A DNA stretch of 43,725 nucleotides, from assembly GCF_001194135.2 (NCBI RefSeq), contig NC_069008.1, forward strand, positions 7,699,572-7,743,296, written 5' to 3'. A program made the translations under genes and the position numbers. Shown here piece after piece: positions 1 through 10,886 of this stretch (positions within the stretch are counted from its first letter, which is position 1; the number at the start of each line of letters is the position of its first letter). Under the pieces are notes generated by a model. The model searched no databases. It was not told where the DNA came from and saw nothing but the letters and a program-made list of their open reading frames with translations. This DNA is from Octopus bimaculoides (Eukaryota).

Positions 1-179
1 GAGTGAAATATCAGGGCTCTAGGTTGGGTTTTTTTTTGGGGGGGGGAATAGTGGTGGGGAGGGGTAGTTTGAGTTTCGTGTGTGTCTGTTGACGGAGCTT
101 TATTTTTGTTCGAAATGAATGTTGAGGGGGTGGGATTGGGGTTCCTTCTTTTGGTTAATTTGTTCCTTCTTATAGTAGA

Positions 180-1138
180 CCGTCCGTCTTCACTCCCAGC
201 TGGTTGAGTGTTTTCATTGATGGGAGCCTGTTGGTCGGTCTTCTGTGTCCTTTTTTTGAGCCATCTCCACCTAACAGGTAGAACAGTTTGCCCGAATGTG
301 GCCTTTCTCTCCACGTTCGAAGCACCGGAGTCTTCTCCCCTCCACCATTACCCATAAGGTGGTTTCTTCTCTGAGGTGTATGCTTTCTACAGTCATTTCC
401 AGGGTCTGTGGCACCACTTGGATAATGACCTCGAGGCCTTGCCCCTTCCAGTTTTGCTGGTGTATTTTTGAGGCCTCTAATATCGTTATTTCTTCTATTC
501 CCATTAGTAGGGCTGGGAGTAGCCATGATTCGTTTATTTCTGGCGGGATCTCTTCTATCATGATTTTTGACGTGCGCCTGCCTAAGTGTGTTGGCAACAA
601 TACAATGTCCGTGGTTTTCAAAGGTTGGGTAAATTTTCAGATTAACACCCGCATGATTTTCACTAGGGTGTTACAGTTAGGGTTTTAGGGTTAGGGTTTT
701 AGGATTACGGTTAGGGTTAGGGAATTCCATCCCTAACCCTAAACCCTAAAACCCTAGTGAAAATTGTGCGGGTGTTAATCTGAAAATTTACCAAAGGTTG
801 TACTGAGTGTGTTTTTGCTTTGTCTTCACTTTTGAAATACACTACTACCATGGCAAAGCGTTTGCCACTGGCCAGGTATTCTATGTTCTGCCAGGTAGGC
901 TGTAGGCTTCTTTTGGTGCTTTGTCTAGTTTCTTTTCCTTTACAACAAGAGTTATACGACTATTTTTTCCGCAGTTTCTTCTATAATTTCACTCGGGAGG
1001 GTGGTTTTTACGTCGTATCTCTCCTTTGCAAACATGTTTTGGTGTTGCATTAGTACATTTTGTCAATACATAGTTTTTCTTTTTCACTGCAGCTGCAAAA
1101 TTAAACTTTTTTGTCGGCTCGACAAGTTTTTCTGCCAT
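180..1138 (-). mobile_element. Degenerate ORF1 of an L1/Tx1-like non-LTR retrotransposon, interrupted by a MITE at 628-792
   Basis: Manual translation from ATG 1138 gives MAEKLVEPTKKFNFAAAVK, then after stops and frameshifts WQNIEYLASGKRFAMVVVYFKSEDKAKTHSVQPL|KTTDIVLLPTHLGRRTSKIMIEEIPPE, ending in VMVEGRRLRCFERGEKGHIRANC. The last part is a CX2CX4HX4C gag-type knuckle with the second Cys changed to Arg. Confidence 0.7.
628..792. mobile_element. 165-bp MITE, probably Merlin superfamily, with internal TTAGGG-like repeats
   Basis: About 42-bp terminal inverted repeats GGTAAATTTTCAGATTAACACCCGC...CACTAGGGT with 2 mismatches. Perfect 8-bp TSD AAAGGTTG at 620-627 and 793-800. GGNRM termini with an 8-bp TSD fit Merlin. 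Confidence 0.8.
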
Positions 1139-1504
1139 CAGCATACTTAATATCTCATGGGGTTTTTTTCTCGACAGAAGAAGTATTAATTTTTAACAAA
1201 ATTAATTGTGGAAAAACACCACAAAAAAATTGGTAATTGCCACCACCCCCTCCTCCCTCACAGAGGGGAATAAAAGTTCACTCCGTCTGCCACACGCAGA
1301 CCGATATTATTAACAACACAAAGGAAAGAATGCAACAACAACAATTCCAACACTAACCTTCAAGCAAAGAATGCACCACAGAATTAATCACCAGTAACAA
1401 AACCGCAAGCGTTTCGCCCGGTGTGCTAATGTTTCTCCCAGCTCGCCACCTTAAACTAACATCTAACTGTTCGAAGACAACTTCAAATGTAACTAGGAGT
1501 GACT

Positions 1505-2085
1505 TCTACCCCTCTTCATGGGCTCCAAAGAAAGCCAAGGTCATTACATCTGCACGGAAGGTAACGGCCCCTGTATTTTAGAATGCAAGAGGCATTGTGT
1601 TTATTGACTATCTTCAAAATGGCCACACCATCAATGGAGAATGCTATGCCAATTTGCTAAGGCAGTTACGAAAGACTATCAAAACTAAACACTCAGAAAA
1701 ACTGACAAAGGGGGGTCTTGTTTCATTAGGACAATGCTTCAGCACACAAGTTGTTGGTTGCAATGGCTGCTGTGTGTGACTGTGGCTTTGAACTGGTTGA
1801 TCACTCCCTATTTCAGTGATTTGGTCCCATCTGCCTATCGTGTTTCTCAACATGAAAACACAATTTAGCTGGGCACCAATATCAGTGATGATGATGTCTT
1901 ATCTGCTGATGATGATGACTTTTTTGACTAGCAGAATAGCTTCTTCACCAATGCAATCCAAGAACCACAACACTGATGGAAGAAGTGTGTGAACCTTAAG
2001 AAGAACTATGTTAGAAAATGGACTTTGTTTGGTCACATTCAGTGAAAATGTTTTGCTCAGCCTATGAACTTTTCAGCTGACATGC
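1505..2085 (+). mobile_element. Mariner (DD34D-type) transposase C-terminal remnant
   Basis: Reads PKKAKV..SARKVTAPVF*NARGIVFIDYLQNGHTINGECYANLLRQLR, then F(H)*DNASAH, FELVDHSPY and WKKCVNLKKNYV, with stops and frameshifts. Confidence 0.9.
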
Positions 2086-2439
2086 AGAATAATAGAAATT
2101 ATTATGCCTGGATTTGTTTTAATATTAACATTGAAAAAATTCACCTTATTTGTAAATAGTTTTCGACCTGGGTTTGCAATGCAAGCAAATTTCATTCTGG
2201 AGCCACTGCATACAAGCTATACATCTACATGCTTGCGTATATATGTATACGTATGTCCACATAAATATGTGTGTATATCTTTCTTTTTCCTTCACTAGGG
2301 CTCTTGGCGATGTTCCTAATTAATATCTAAATACAAATGCTTCATCCAAAAGTATTCTTGTATTCTCAAAAGAAATTTTTCTATGGCGATTTTCCTAATA
2401 CTAAATTCCTTACATGTTTATATAACATGCAAATCTTTG

Positions 2440-2539
2440 NNNNNNNNNNNNNNNNNNNNNNNNNNNNNNNNNNNNNNNNNNNNNNNNNNNNNNNNNNNNN
2501 NNNNNNNNNNNNNNNNNNNNNNNNNNNNNNNNNNNNNNN
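2440..2539. other. Assembly gap (100 N)
   Basis: Run of N. Confidence 1.
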
Positions 2540-2683
2540 GGAGTGGTTGGTACTAGAAAGGGCATCCAGCTGTAGAAACCCTTGCCAGATCAGACTGCAG
2601 CCATCTGGTTTCACCAGTCCTCAGTCAAACCGTCCAACCCATGCCAGCATGGAAAGCAGACGTTAAATGATGATGATGATGAT
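2540..2683 (+). mobile_element. SINE/LINE 3' tail, family A (RTE-type tail ending in (GAT)n)
   Basis: GAGTGGTTGG..AGGGCATCCAGCTGTAGAAAC..CCAACCCATGCCAGCATGGAAAGCAGACGTTAAATGATGATGAT, a motif repeated about ten times in the window. Confidence 0.85.
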
Positions 2684-3159
2684 CTATAATGATATATATA
2701 ATTATGATAGATTGTTACACCATTCAATGTTTAGGTAAACTCACTCACTCTTTCTTTCTCTCACTCACTCACTCTCTTTCTCTAACTTCCTCTCTCTCTC
2801 CCCACACAAAAATGAAACTCATTTTGGCTCCAAAAAATAAATGAAGGGAAAATGCTTTAGTTTTTCAAATATATTCTGCACTCTGGGATTATTGTATATG
2901 TTATATCCAATGACCTGATTTAAATTTAACCCGATTTAAATTTAAATATGACTTTTTTTTGTTTTTTTGCAAAATCCATAGTCCAACGCAAAAAGAAAAG
3001 TTGAAGACAAAGACAGGTGAAGGAACAAGCAGGTGTATTACTTTGATGCTCGGGGAAAATGGAAAAGTCTTTGATGTTTCGAGCCTACGCTCCTCGACAA
3101 AGCAACAAGAGGGGAAAAGGGAGAGACAGAGAGAAAAAAAAAATGTCTCTGGATTATTA

Positions 3160-3242
3160 TTGGGTTGTCCGGAAAGTTCGTGCCGATTTTTAAAGGAAAG
3201 AAAAAGACCAATAAATACTTGCCATTACATTTTTAATCAACC
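3160..3242 (+). mobile_element. Probable mariner-type left terminus, cut by a 10-N gap
   Basis: TA|TTGGGTTGTCCGGAAAGTTCGTGCCGATTT resembles mariner TIRs; followed by Ns at 3243-3252. Confidence 0.45.
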
Positions 3243-3429
3243 NNNNNNNNNNTTGTAGCATATTAGGAGGTCACCAGAATTCATTCAATGTAAAAAAAAA
3301 ATTTTCCAATGATTCCTTGATTCCACACAGAAAATCATGTGGATGAAAGGATCAAAATTTTCTGCCAACACACACTGGTACACACTCACTCACACATGCA
3401 TAGATACACATACATACACATGAAAGACA

Positions 3430-3430
<1 letters not shown>

Positions 3431-3458
<28 letters not shown>
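3431..3458. repeat. (TG)n microsatellite
   Basis: Direct reading. Confidence 0.9.
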
Positions 3459-3460
<2 letters not shown>

Positions 3461-4159
3461 ACCATGTTCACTGTTCTGCTGCAAAAAATAACCATTAAAG
3501 AAATAAAAATTTTATACAGAACTTGTTGAACAAATACTTTTATTTCTCGGAAACCCAAATTCATTGATTGCCTGTTAAGGTTGATGTCAGGGCATGTATG
3601 GGTATTCAAAAAGCCAACATCACTGGAGGGACAAATTTTTTTAAAATTGAAATTTTGAAAGCCACTTTCAAGATTTGGAGAAATAAAAGTAAAAAATTGA
3701 AGTTTTTTTTTTTTTTTTTTTGCCAAGATAGTAATTTTTGTTGTTAACACATAAAGCATGATGGACCACGATCGAGGCCCAGATAGATGCATTTAATTTA
3801 TGGGCGTTTGTTGGGGTCTAATGTCACTCAAATGCTCTGATACCCCACAGAATGCAAGAGGACTAATAGTTCATCTAATGACTTTTCAGATGATGTAAAA
3901 CTTGCCACCATTATATACTAAGAAGTTATTTTAACTATTTTTTGTTTTTTTTTATGTGTGCATGGTAGTCTCATTTTCATAAAATGTGCTCAGCAGTCCC
4001 TGCTATGTAAGTGTAAATCCAAGCGCTTTATGGGTTAAGAATATATGGAATCTGAAGAATTTTTGGTAAATAGAAAGTTGACAACTACCACAGCTTGAAA
4101 CTATTATATCTACTTATCTGCAGAATAATTAATCAAATTAGCAATTAGCAACTGAAGCA

Positions 4160-4410
4160 GTGTGGATGCATGTGGCTTAGTGGTTAGGGTGTTGGACTTA
4201 TGGTTGTAAGATTGTGGTTTTAATTCGTGGACAGGGCGACATGTGCTCTTGAGCAGAATGCTTCATTTCACATTGTTCCAATCCACTCAGCTGGCAAAAA
4301 TGAGTTACCCTGCGAAGGACCAGCATCCCTTCCAGGTGGGGAATTTATATGCCATGGAAACTTGGAAACTGGCCCTTATGAGTCAGCAAGACTCCAGAAG
4401 GTAACTAACA
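4160..4410 (+). mobile_element. tRNA-derived SINE, family C
   Basis: tRNA-like head GTGGCTTAGTGGTTAGGGTGTTGGAC and central core CATTTCACATTGTTCCAATCCACTCAGCTG; reverse copy near 18700-18895. Confidence 0.75.
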
Positions 4411-4653
4411 GTAGCAGTGTTTGTAATGAATAACACAGGTCTACAGAATTTGGGAATGGAAATGTTTTTGTTGAATAGACAAGTGATTCCGAGGCACTTT
4501 TTCTAGCTGAGTCCAGATATTCATTTTCACCAAACACTTCAGGATCTTTATATACACACTAGCTGATTTTGTACATAAATAATTTAACTGTAAGAAGCTG
4601 AGATGTTTTTTTGCTTGTTATGGAGAAAATACAAAAGGAGGCCCAGGTCACTC

Positions 4654-5010
4654 TTCATCATCATCATCGTTTAACGTCCGCTTTCCATGCTAGCATGGGT
4701 TGGACGATTTGACTGAAGACTGGTGAAACCAGATGGCTACATCAGGCTCTAATCTGATCTGGCAGAGTTTCTACAGCTGGATGCCCTTCCTAATGCCAAC
4801 TACTCCGAGAGTGTAGTGGGTGCTTTTACATGTCACCTGCACAAAGGCCAGTCAGGCGGTACTGGCAACGGCCACGCTCAAAATGGTGTATTTTACGTGC
4901 CACCTGCACAAGAGCCAGTCCAGGGGCACTGGCAACGATCTCGCTCGAAAGTCCTTACACATGCCACGGGCACAAGTGCCAGAAAGGCGACGCTGGGTAC
5001 AGGTGCCATT
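4654..5010 (-). mobile_element. SINE family A with internal ~26-bp repeats
   Basis: (CAT)n followed by CGTTTAACGTCCGCTTTCCATGCTAGCATGGGTTGGACG on the plus strand, and repeated GTGCCACCTGCAC units. Confidence 0.85.
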
Positions 5011-5599
5011 AAACACAGTAAAATCTGCAAATTATATGCATATAATATTCCAATAAATGTCACATGTCATCATGAAGGAAGAAATCTCTGTTTCTTAGAC
5101 ATCATTGAATGATCCAACTGCTGTAACTATCATGTCATTTCATTGTTTAAAGGTAATGTTGCATGTTAGTGTATAGTTAAGTACATCTATTTCAATGAAT
5201 ACCATTTCTATCTATTCAGCAGCACATATATTTCCAGATGTTCCCCTTCCTCTTTGATGCCATATTTCTAATCACATGACCTTAGCTGATCAATGAAAAT
5301 CCAATTTCAGTAAAGAGGATTAATGTTTATTAGTAATGCATTTCATAAACGATTACTTTTGAAGTGTATTTTTATTGTTGTTGTTGTTAACATAAGGAAA
5401 TTTTGCAATTTTCAGGGATGACCTGGAACCCTGCAAAAAAAAAAAAAAAAAAAAAAAAAAATTACAACATGATCATAAACTGCACCTTAGAAAATTTCAA
5501 TAAAAAAATATATATTCTTAAGAAAATTGTAAGGAAATGAAGTTAGTGCAAGGCACGAAACTGATGCCAGACAGTGTACACCTTGATACACAATGCCAG

Positions 5600-6119
5600 G
5601 GGAAAAGGTTGAATTATCATAGTTGGAATGTCTTTGCAAAGATGACCTTGGGCTAAACAGCAACCAAGCAACAATGAATGGCATTTCTAGAGAAAGAAGA
5701 GTGTTATATTATGCTTCTGTAGTAGTAGTAGTCATAAAGTAGTAAAATCCCTGGCTGGATGGGGAGGCCTTCATCTCAATCAGTATGCTGCTGTGGGTGC
5801 CCACTGGATGATAAACTCTGGTGATGATGTTATTCCACACTTTCTGATCCATCTGCTTGATGTCGAGGCATGACTTCAAGTCTTCCTCAATTTGTTTTGC
5901 CCACAGTTTCATTGGTGTGCTGCACTGGATTCTCCAATGTGTGGGTCACTGCTACCACAGAAGTTGATGTGGTAGTCTTTCAGTGCTACACTACTGTAGC
6001 TTCACTTTATATAATGTTATACAATGTGAATTTGCAACAGTCGTCTGTAAATATGTAAAGCTCACAAAAATTTCCATGATGTAATTTTAAGAAATTAAAA
6101 GTAAAATTTAATTGTCCAG
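5600..6119 (+). other. Conserved upstream block of ZNF gene 1 (candidate 5'-UTR exon), interrupted by a LINE 3' fragment
   Basis: CAACCAAGCAACAATGAATGGCATTTCTAGAGAAAGAAGA, AATGTTATACAATGTGAA and ATGATGTAATTTT..AAAAGTAAA align with 23297-23500 (-) and 39965-40167 (+). Confidence 0.55.
5715..5940 (-). mobile_element. 3' end of a LINE with (CTA)n tail
   Basis: Translation MKLWAKQIEEDLKSCLDIKQ resembles the C-terminal P.k.W...I..DL segment of LINE ORF2; (TAG)n on the plus strand at about 5718-5730. Confidence 0.5.
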
Positions 6120-6444
6120 GTTTATATCTGTTGTGAATCATCATCATCATTTAACATCCGCTTTCCATGCTGGCATGGGATGGGTGGTTTGACAGGAGCT
6201 GGCTAGGCAGAAGACTGCACCAGACCCCAGTGTCTGTTTTGGCATGGTTTTTACTGCTGGATGCCCTTCCTAACACCAATCACACTGCAGCACTTTTTAC
6301 ATGGTACCAGCATAGGTGAGGTCAGTTTTTGGCATGGTGACCTTGCGTGTGCTGGTGCCATGTAAAAAGCACTCATATAGAAATGTAAAAGTCTCCAATT
6401 TTTAAGTATCCTTTTTAGTTTATACTGTTCCTTTGTTATTTCAG
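6120..6444 (+). other. Predicted 5'-UTR intron of ZNF gene 1
   Basis: Acceptor TTGTTATTTCAG ending at 6444 is matched in all four paralogs. The donor CAG|GTTTAT is weak and inferred only from its aligned position. Confidence 0.5.
6137..6370 (-). mobile_element. SINE family A
   Basis: (ATC)n followed by ATTTAACATCCGCTTTCCATGCTGGCATGG. Confidence 0.85.
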
Positions 6445-6785
6445 AATAAATACCAGATGACATTGGCATCAAAGAATATTTTCACCTGGGATTTATTGGT
6501 CATTTATGAAGATTACAGGAAAATGTTACACAGAAAAGATATAACCCTGTTTATATAAATTTATAATGGAATTACTGTGAAATATTTCCTCTCACTGAGA
6601 CATTTTGCAAAATGTCTCTTCTTCACCGTGTAGAATGTGCACAACATGATTTTAAACTTTAAGAAAATTTGAGATTTCAAAGAAATTTGCAACTTCTGGA
6701 AATATTGACTGAGCTCATAACTGATGAAAATATAGCAGAAGAAATATTTGTTAGGAATAACCATTTTAAACTAAAAAGAAAGAAA

Positions 6786-8318
6786 ATGATAGAAAATGAA
6801 TTGTGTGAGGATAACATTAAATGTGAAGCAGAGTCTGAAAGGATTGAGTCTAGAGATGAGAGAGCAATTGATATGGAACAAACATCATACCACTGTGATA
6901 TCTGTAAAAAGTCATTCTCTCAGAAAGATATCCTCACTGCTCACACATGTATTCATGAAAGAGACAAGTCACATCACTGTAATCTCTGTGGTAAATCATT
7001 CTGTCAGAAAATTACCTTAACTACTCACAAACGCACTCATACAGGAGAGAAACCATATGTGTGTATTGTCTGTGGTAAATCATTCCCTCAACTCGGGTGC
7101 TTAACTTATCACTCACGCACTCACACAGGAGAGAAACCATATCACTGTAATATTTGTGGTAAATCATTCTCCCAAGCTGGTTCCTTAACTAAACACAAAC
7201 GTACTCATACTGGAGAGAAACCATATCATTGTAACATCAGTGATAAGTCATTCTCGGATGGCAGTCACTTAACTAAACACAAATGTGCTCATACAGGAGA
7301 GAAGCCATACCATTGTAATATCTGTGGTAAATCGTTCTCTTATACTGAACCCTTAACTAAACACATACGCACTCATACAGGAGAAAAACCATATCACTGT
7401 GATATCTGTGGTAAATCGTTCTCTCGAAATCATAGCTTAAGTACTCACAAACGTATTCATACAGGTGAAAAACCATACCACTGTCACATCTGTGGTAAAT
7501 CATTTTCTGAATCTTCTCACTTAACTAAACACATACGCACTCATACAGGAGAGAAACCATATAGTTGCGATATCTGTGGGAAATCGTTTACTCAAAATCA
7601 TAGGTTAACTACTCACAAACGTATTCATACAGGTGAAAAACCATACCACTGTCACATCTGTGGTAAATCATTTTCTGAATCTTCTCCCTTAACTAAACAC
7701 ATACGCACTCATACAGGAGAGAAACCATATAGTTGCGATATCTGTGGGAAATCGTTTACTCAAAGTCATGGCTTAACTACTCACAAACGTTTTCATACAG
7801 GTGAAAAACCATATCATTGTGATATTTGTGGTAAATCATTGTCTCAAAATCATGCTTTAACTAGACACAAATACATTCATACAGGAGAAAAGCCATATCA
7901 CTGTGATATCTGTGGTAAATCATTTTCTCAAAATGAACTCTTAACTAAACACAAACGTGTTCACACAGGAGATAAACCATTTCATTGTGATATCTGTGGT
8001 AAATCATTCTCTGCAAATGGTGACTTAACTGTTCACAAACGCATTCATACAGGAGAGAAACCATATCACTGTGATACCTGTGGTAAATCTTTCCATACAA
8101 GTAGCCGCTTAACTGCTCACAAACGCACTCATACAGGAGCGAAGCCATATCATTGTGATATCTGTGGTAAATCTTTCATTGAAAGCGGTCAATTAACTAG
8201 ACACAGACGCTCTCATACAGGAGAGAAGCCATATCCGTGTGATATCTGCGGTAGACCATTTTCCTATAGAAGTACCTTCAATAAACACAGACGCATTCAT
8301 ACAGGAGAAATGCCATAA
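6786..8318 (+). CDS. C2H2 zinc-finger protein, 510 aa, 17 tandem fingers (finger 5 has Cys to Ser: CNISD)
   Basis: Uninterrupted ORF of CxxC-x12-HxxxH units with TGEKPY linkers. First ATG at 6786 (MIENELCED) aligns with the paralog starts; the TTG at 6669 in the ORF track is not considered the start. Confidence 0.93.
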   Translation: MIENELCEDNIKCEAESERIESRDERAIDMEQTSYHCDICKKSFSQKDILTAHTCIHERDKSHHCNLCGKSFCQKITLTTHKRTHTGEKPYVCIVCGKSFPQLGCLTYHSRTHTGEKPYHCNICGKSFSQAGSLTKHKRTHTGEKPYHCNISDKSFSDGSHLTKHKCAHTGEKPYHCNICGKSFSYTEPLTKHIRTHTGEKPYHCDICGKSFSRNHSLSTHKRIHTGEKPYHCHICGKSFSESSHLTKHIRTHTGEKPYSCDICGKSFTQNHRLTTHKRIHTGEKPYHCHICGKSFSESSPLTKHIRTHTGEKPYSCDICGKSFTQSHGLTTHKRFHTGEKPYHCDICGKSLSQNHALTRHKYIHTGEKPYHCDICGKSFSQNELLTKHKRVHTGDKPFHCDICGKSFSANGDLTVHKRIHTGEKPYHCDTCGKSFHTSSRLTAHKRTHTGAKPYHCDICGKSFIESGQLTRHRRSHTGEKPYPCDICGRPFSYRSTFNKHRRIHTGEMP

Positions 8319-8400
8319 TATTGCGATGTCAGTCATAAATCATTCTCGGAAAGCAATTTCTTTACTAAACACATGTTCAGAGAGAAGAGAAACCCTATCA
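8319..8400 (+). pseudogene. Decayed 18th finger downstream of the stop codon
   Basis: P*YCDVSHKSFSESNFFTKHM continues in frame after TAA. Confidence 0.7.
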
Positions 8401-8409
8401 GTAGTAAAT

Positions 8410-10537
8410 GATTCTCAGTACCAAGGGTGACATGGTAGTAGAGCAGTGATGTTAACAGGGCCATAAAAGAGAAAAGATGGGGTGGTGGCAAAGAATCTTA
8501 TCAGAAGGCTAAAAGAGAGATTAGACGTCAGGCCTGTCTAGCTATGCGTAGAAGCAGAAAAGAAGTTTGCCACCAAAATCCTACAGTGTGATGATGAGAA
8601 GCTTGAAGTGTTCCAGATTGCCAAACTGTGTAAGTGAAAATCGGAGATATTGTCAGAGAAGTATGTGCGGATGGATAACGGTATGCTTGCACTCAATGAT
8701 GTGGACAAGAAAGGCATGTAGAAGTTTCTATGCAAGACTGTTGGGATAAAGGGAGTCTCCCTCACATTAGTCCAACAGAGGGACCAGCTATCCTAGTGGA
8801 CAGCAGTATGGTAGGTAAGGCAATTAAAAGCATAAAAACTGTGATTCAGAATCACAGCTTGGATGCTCAAAATATCCACTAAGGTTGGATACAGGCTGGT
8901 CACCCTCATAGTTAATTGGGTCATTCAAGAAGATGTAATACCTAGCGATTAGTGTAGCAGCATAATTGTTAGCTGCTACAAGGTTAAGGGTGATGTTTTT
9001 AGATAGAAGTAGATATAGAGTCATCAAACTCATGGATCAGGTGATGAAAATTAGAGAGTTATAGCTCAATTAATTAGGAGCAGAATTGGGCTAGAAAATA
9101 TGCAATTCAGCTTTGTCTGGAGAAGAAGCACTAGCGATGCTATTTTCATAGGCAACTGCAAGAGAAGTACTTATGCCTGGCATTTGTTGACCTAGAGAAA
9201 GGCGCCTTTAAATAGAGTGCCCTATTGTGTAATATTGTGGGCTCTGAGGAGGCTAGGGATAGACAAGTGGTTGGTGAAAGTTGTACAAAGACGCTGTCAG
9301 TAAGGTGAGAGTTAACGAGTACAGTGAAGAATTTGGTGTACAGGTAGGCATTCATCAAGGCTTAGTCCTTAATCCCCTCATTTTCATCATTGTCCTCTAG
9401 GCCATAACAGAAAAATTCAAGACTGGCAACCCCTGGGAACTACTATATGCTAATGATCTTACCCTCTTAGCGGATTCCATATCAGAGCTCGACAAAAAAT
9501 TCCAGATGTGGAAGCAAAACTTGGAATCTAAGGACCTTAAGGTTAACTTAGCAAACACTAAAATCCTTGTAAGCAAGAAAACTGACAGAACCCTGCCCCA
9601 CTCAGGTAGGTGGCTTTGTTCAATTTGTAGGGAAAATGTGGGCAGGAACTCCATACAGTGTACCCAGTGCAAGCTATGGACAAGAGTAGCAGCAGGTTAA
9701 TTGGAAGGTTATCAGAGAAGATAGTTTTCGTATGTGGAAGATGCACGTATCCTTAAAAACTTCAGATGATTCAAGAAATTAATTCTCGCAAATGCCCTGG
9801 TGGCTCATTTGAGGTGGTAGATAATTTCTGCTACCTAGGGGACCAAATTAGTAGTGGGAGGAGGATGTAACTAGAATAAAAATAGGATGGAGAGCTGTTG
9901 GCCACAAAAGGTTTCTCTGAGTGAAAGGAAGACTGTATGAATCGTGTATATGGACAGCAATTCTGAATGGTAGTGAGATGCAGAGGATATGTGAAGGTTA
10001 GAAAGGAATAAGGCTAGTATGTTCTGCTACATGTATAATGTAAGTGCACATGTTCAACAGAGTGCCAGTGTTCTGAGAGAAGTTAGGCATAAGAGGAATT
10101 GGTTGTTGTGTGTTAGAGAGAAGACTGAGCTGGTTTGGTCATATGATGCAGATGGCTGCTTACAGCTCCATAAAGAAGTACCGATCTTTCAAAGTAGATG
10201 GAACACATGAAAGATGGGATGAATTACTGAAGAACGACCTCAGGAAGCTGAACATTTCAGGTGAGATGACAAAGGACCAAGATACCTGGTGGTACTCAAG
10301 AAGATCCATATCCTGCACCAGACGTGTTAACACCGATCCTTCTGGTTGTGTAAAGCACCCATAACGATACCATGTAAATGCATCCAACATACTCTGTAAA
10401 GTAGTTGGTGTTAGGAAGGGCGTCCATCTGTAGAGACCATGCCAAATGAGACTGGTGTCTGGTGTAGCTCCCCTGGCTTACCAGCTCTGGTCACACTGTC
10501 CAATCCATGGTAACAGGCAATGAATGTTATGATGATG
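8410..10537 (+). mobile_element. 5'-truncated, degenerate RTE-clade LINE (RT domain through 3' tail)
   Basis: Motifs MQFSF, LAFVDLEK, GIHQGLVLNPLIFIIVL, PWELLYANDL, NLANTKILV, FCYLGD and LERRLSWFGHM; ends with the family-A tail and (ATG)n near 10530. Confidence 0.92.
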
Positions 10538-10544
10538 CGACGTT

Positions 10545-10745
10545 AACTATAGACACATTCATACAGGTGAGAAACCATATCTTTATAATATTTGAGAGAA
10601 ATACATTAAGACACAAATGCATTCATATAGGAAAGAAGCCATATCACTGTGATATTTGAGGCAAATAGCTTAAGATATAAATGCATTTACACAAGAGAAA
10701 AGCTCTGATATCTGTCATAAATCATTTTCTCAAAAATTCTGTTAA
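10545..10745 (+). pseudogene. Decayed zinc-finger repeats resuming after the LINE
   Basis: CACATTCATACAGGTGAGAAACCATAT, CATTCATATAGGAAAGAAGCCATATCACTGTGATAT and GATATCTGTCATAAATCATTTTCTCAA, with stops and frameshifts. Confidence 0.85.
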
Positions 10746-10816
10746 GTATTCATATTTGTAATCGAACAGTAACCGTAGCAATGGCAAAAGTCATTTAATG
10801 AAAAAATATACAACAA

Positions 10817-10822
10817 TAAAAT
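10817..10822 (+). terminator. Candidate poly(A) signal AATAAA within the paralog-conserved 3'-UTR motif
   Basis: CAATAAAATGTTCTCACAG..TAACACT..TTTTATATAACCACA matches 19120-19125 (-) and 32155-32160 (-). Confidence 0.4.
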
Positions 10823-10886
10823 GTTCTCACAGAAAATAAAAATAGTGTTTTTACCACCTCCTAACACTTTATTTTATATAACCACA

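Noticed and set aside
296-688. 130-aa plus-strand ORF (and 170..526 minus ORF) as genes
   Set aside because: These are antisense or alternative-frame shadows of the LINE ORF1 and the MITE.
660-760. Telomere or telomere-fusion site
   Set aside because: The repeats are few, degenerate and enclosed by TIRs with an 8-bp TSD, so they are part of a MITE.
3352-3792. 146-aa minus-strand ORF
   Set aside because: It runs through poly(T) and (TG)n tracts and has no recognisable domain.
6669-6785. TTG-initiated N-terminal extensions of gene 1 (and 21758-21687 of gene 2)
   Set aside because: The aligned leader is closed or frameshifted in genes 3 and 4, and the first ATG aligns in all paralogs. Treated as 5' UTR, although non-AUG initiation cannot be excluded.
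7590-7775. A-to-G differences between duplicated fingers as a trace of RNA editing
   Set aside because: Only two of four differences are A/G, these are genomic copies, and transitions are the commonest mutations.
6890-8310. CRISPR-like repeat-spacer array (84-bp periodicity)
   Set aside because: The periodicity is the 28-aa C2H2 finger repeat in an open frame; the context is eukaryotic and there are no cas genes.
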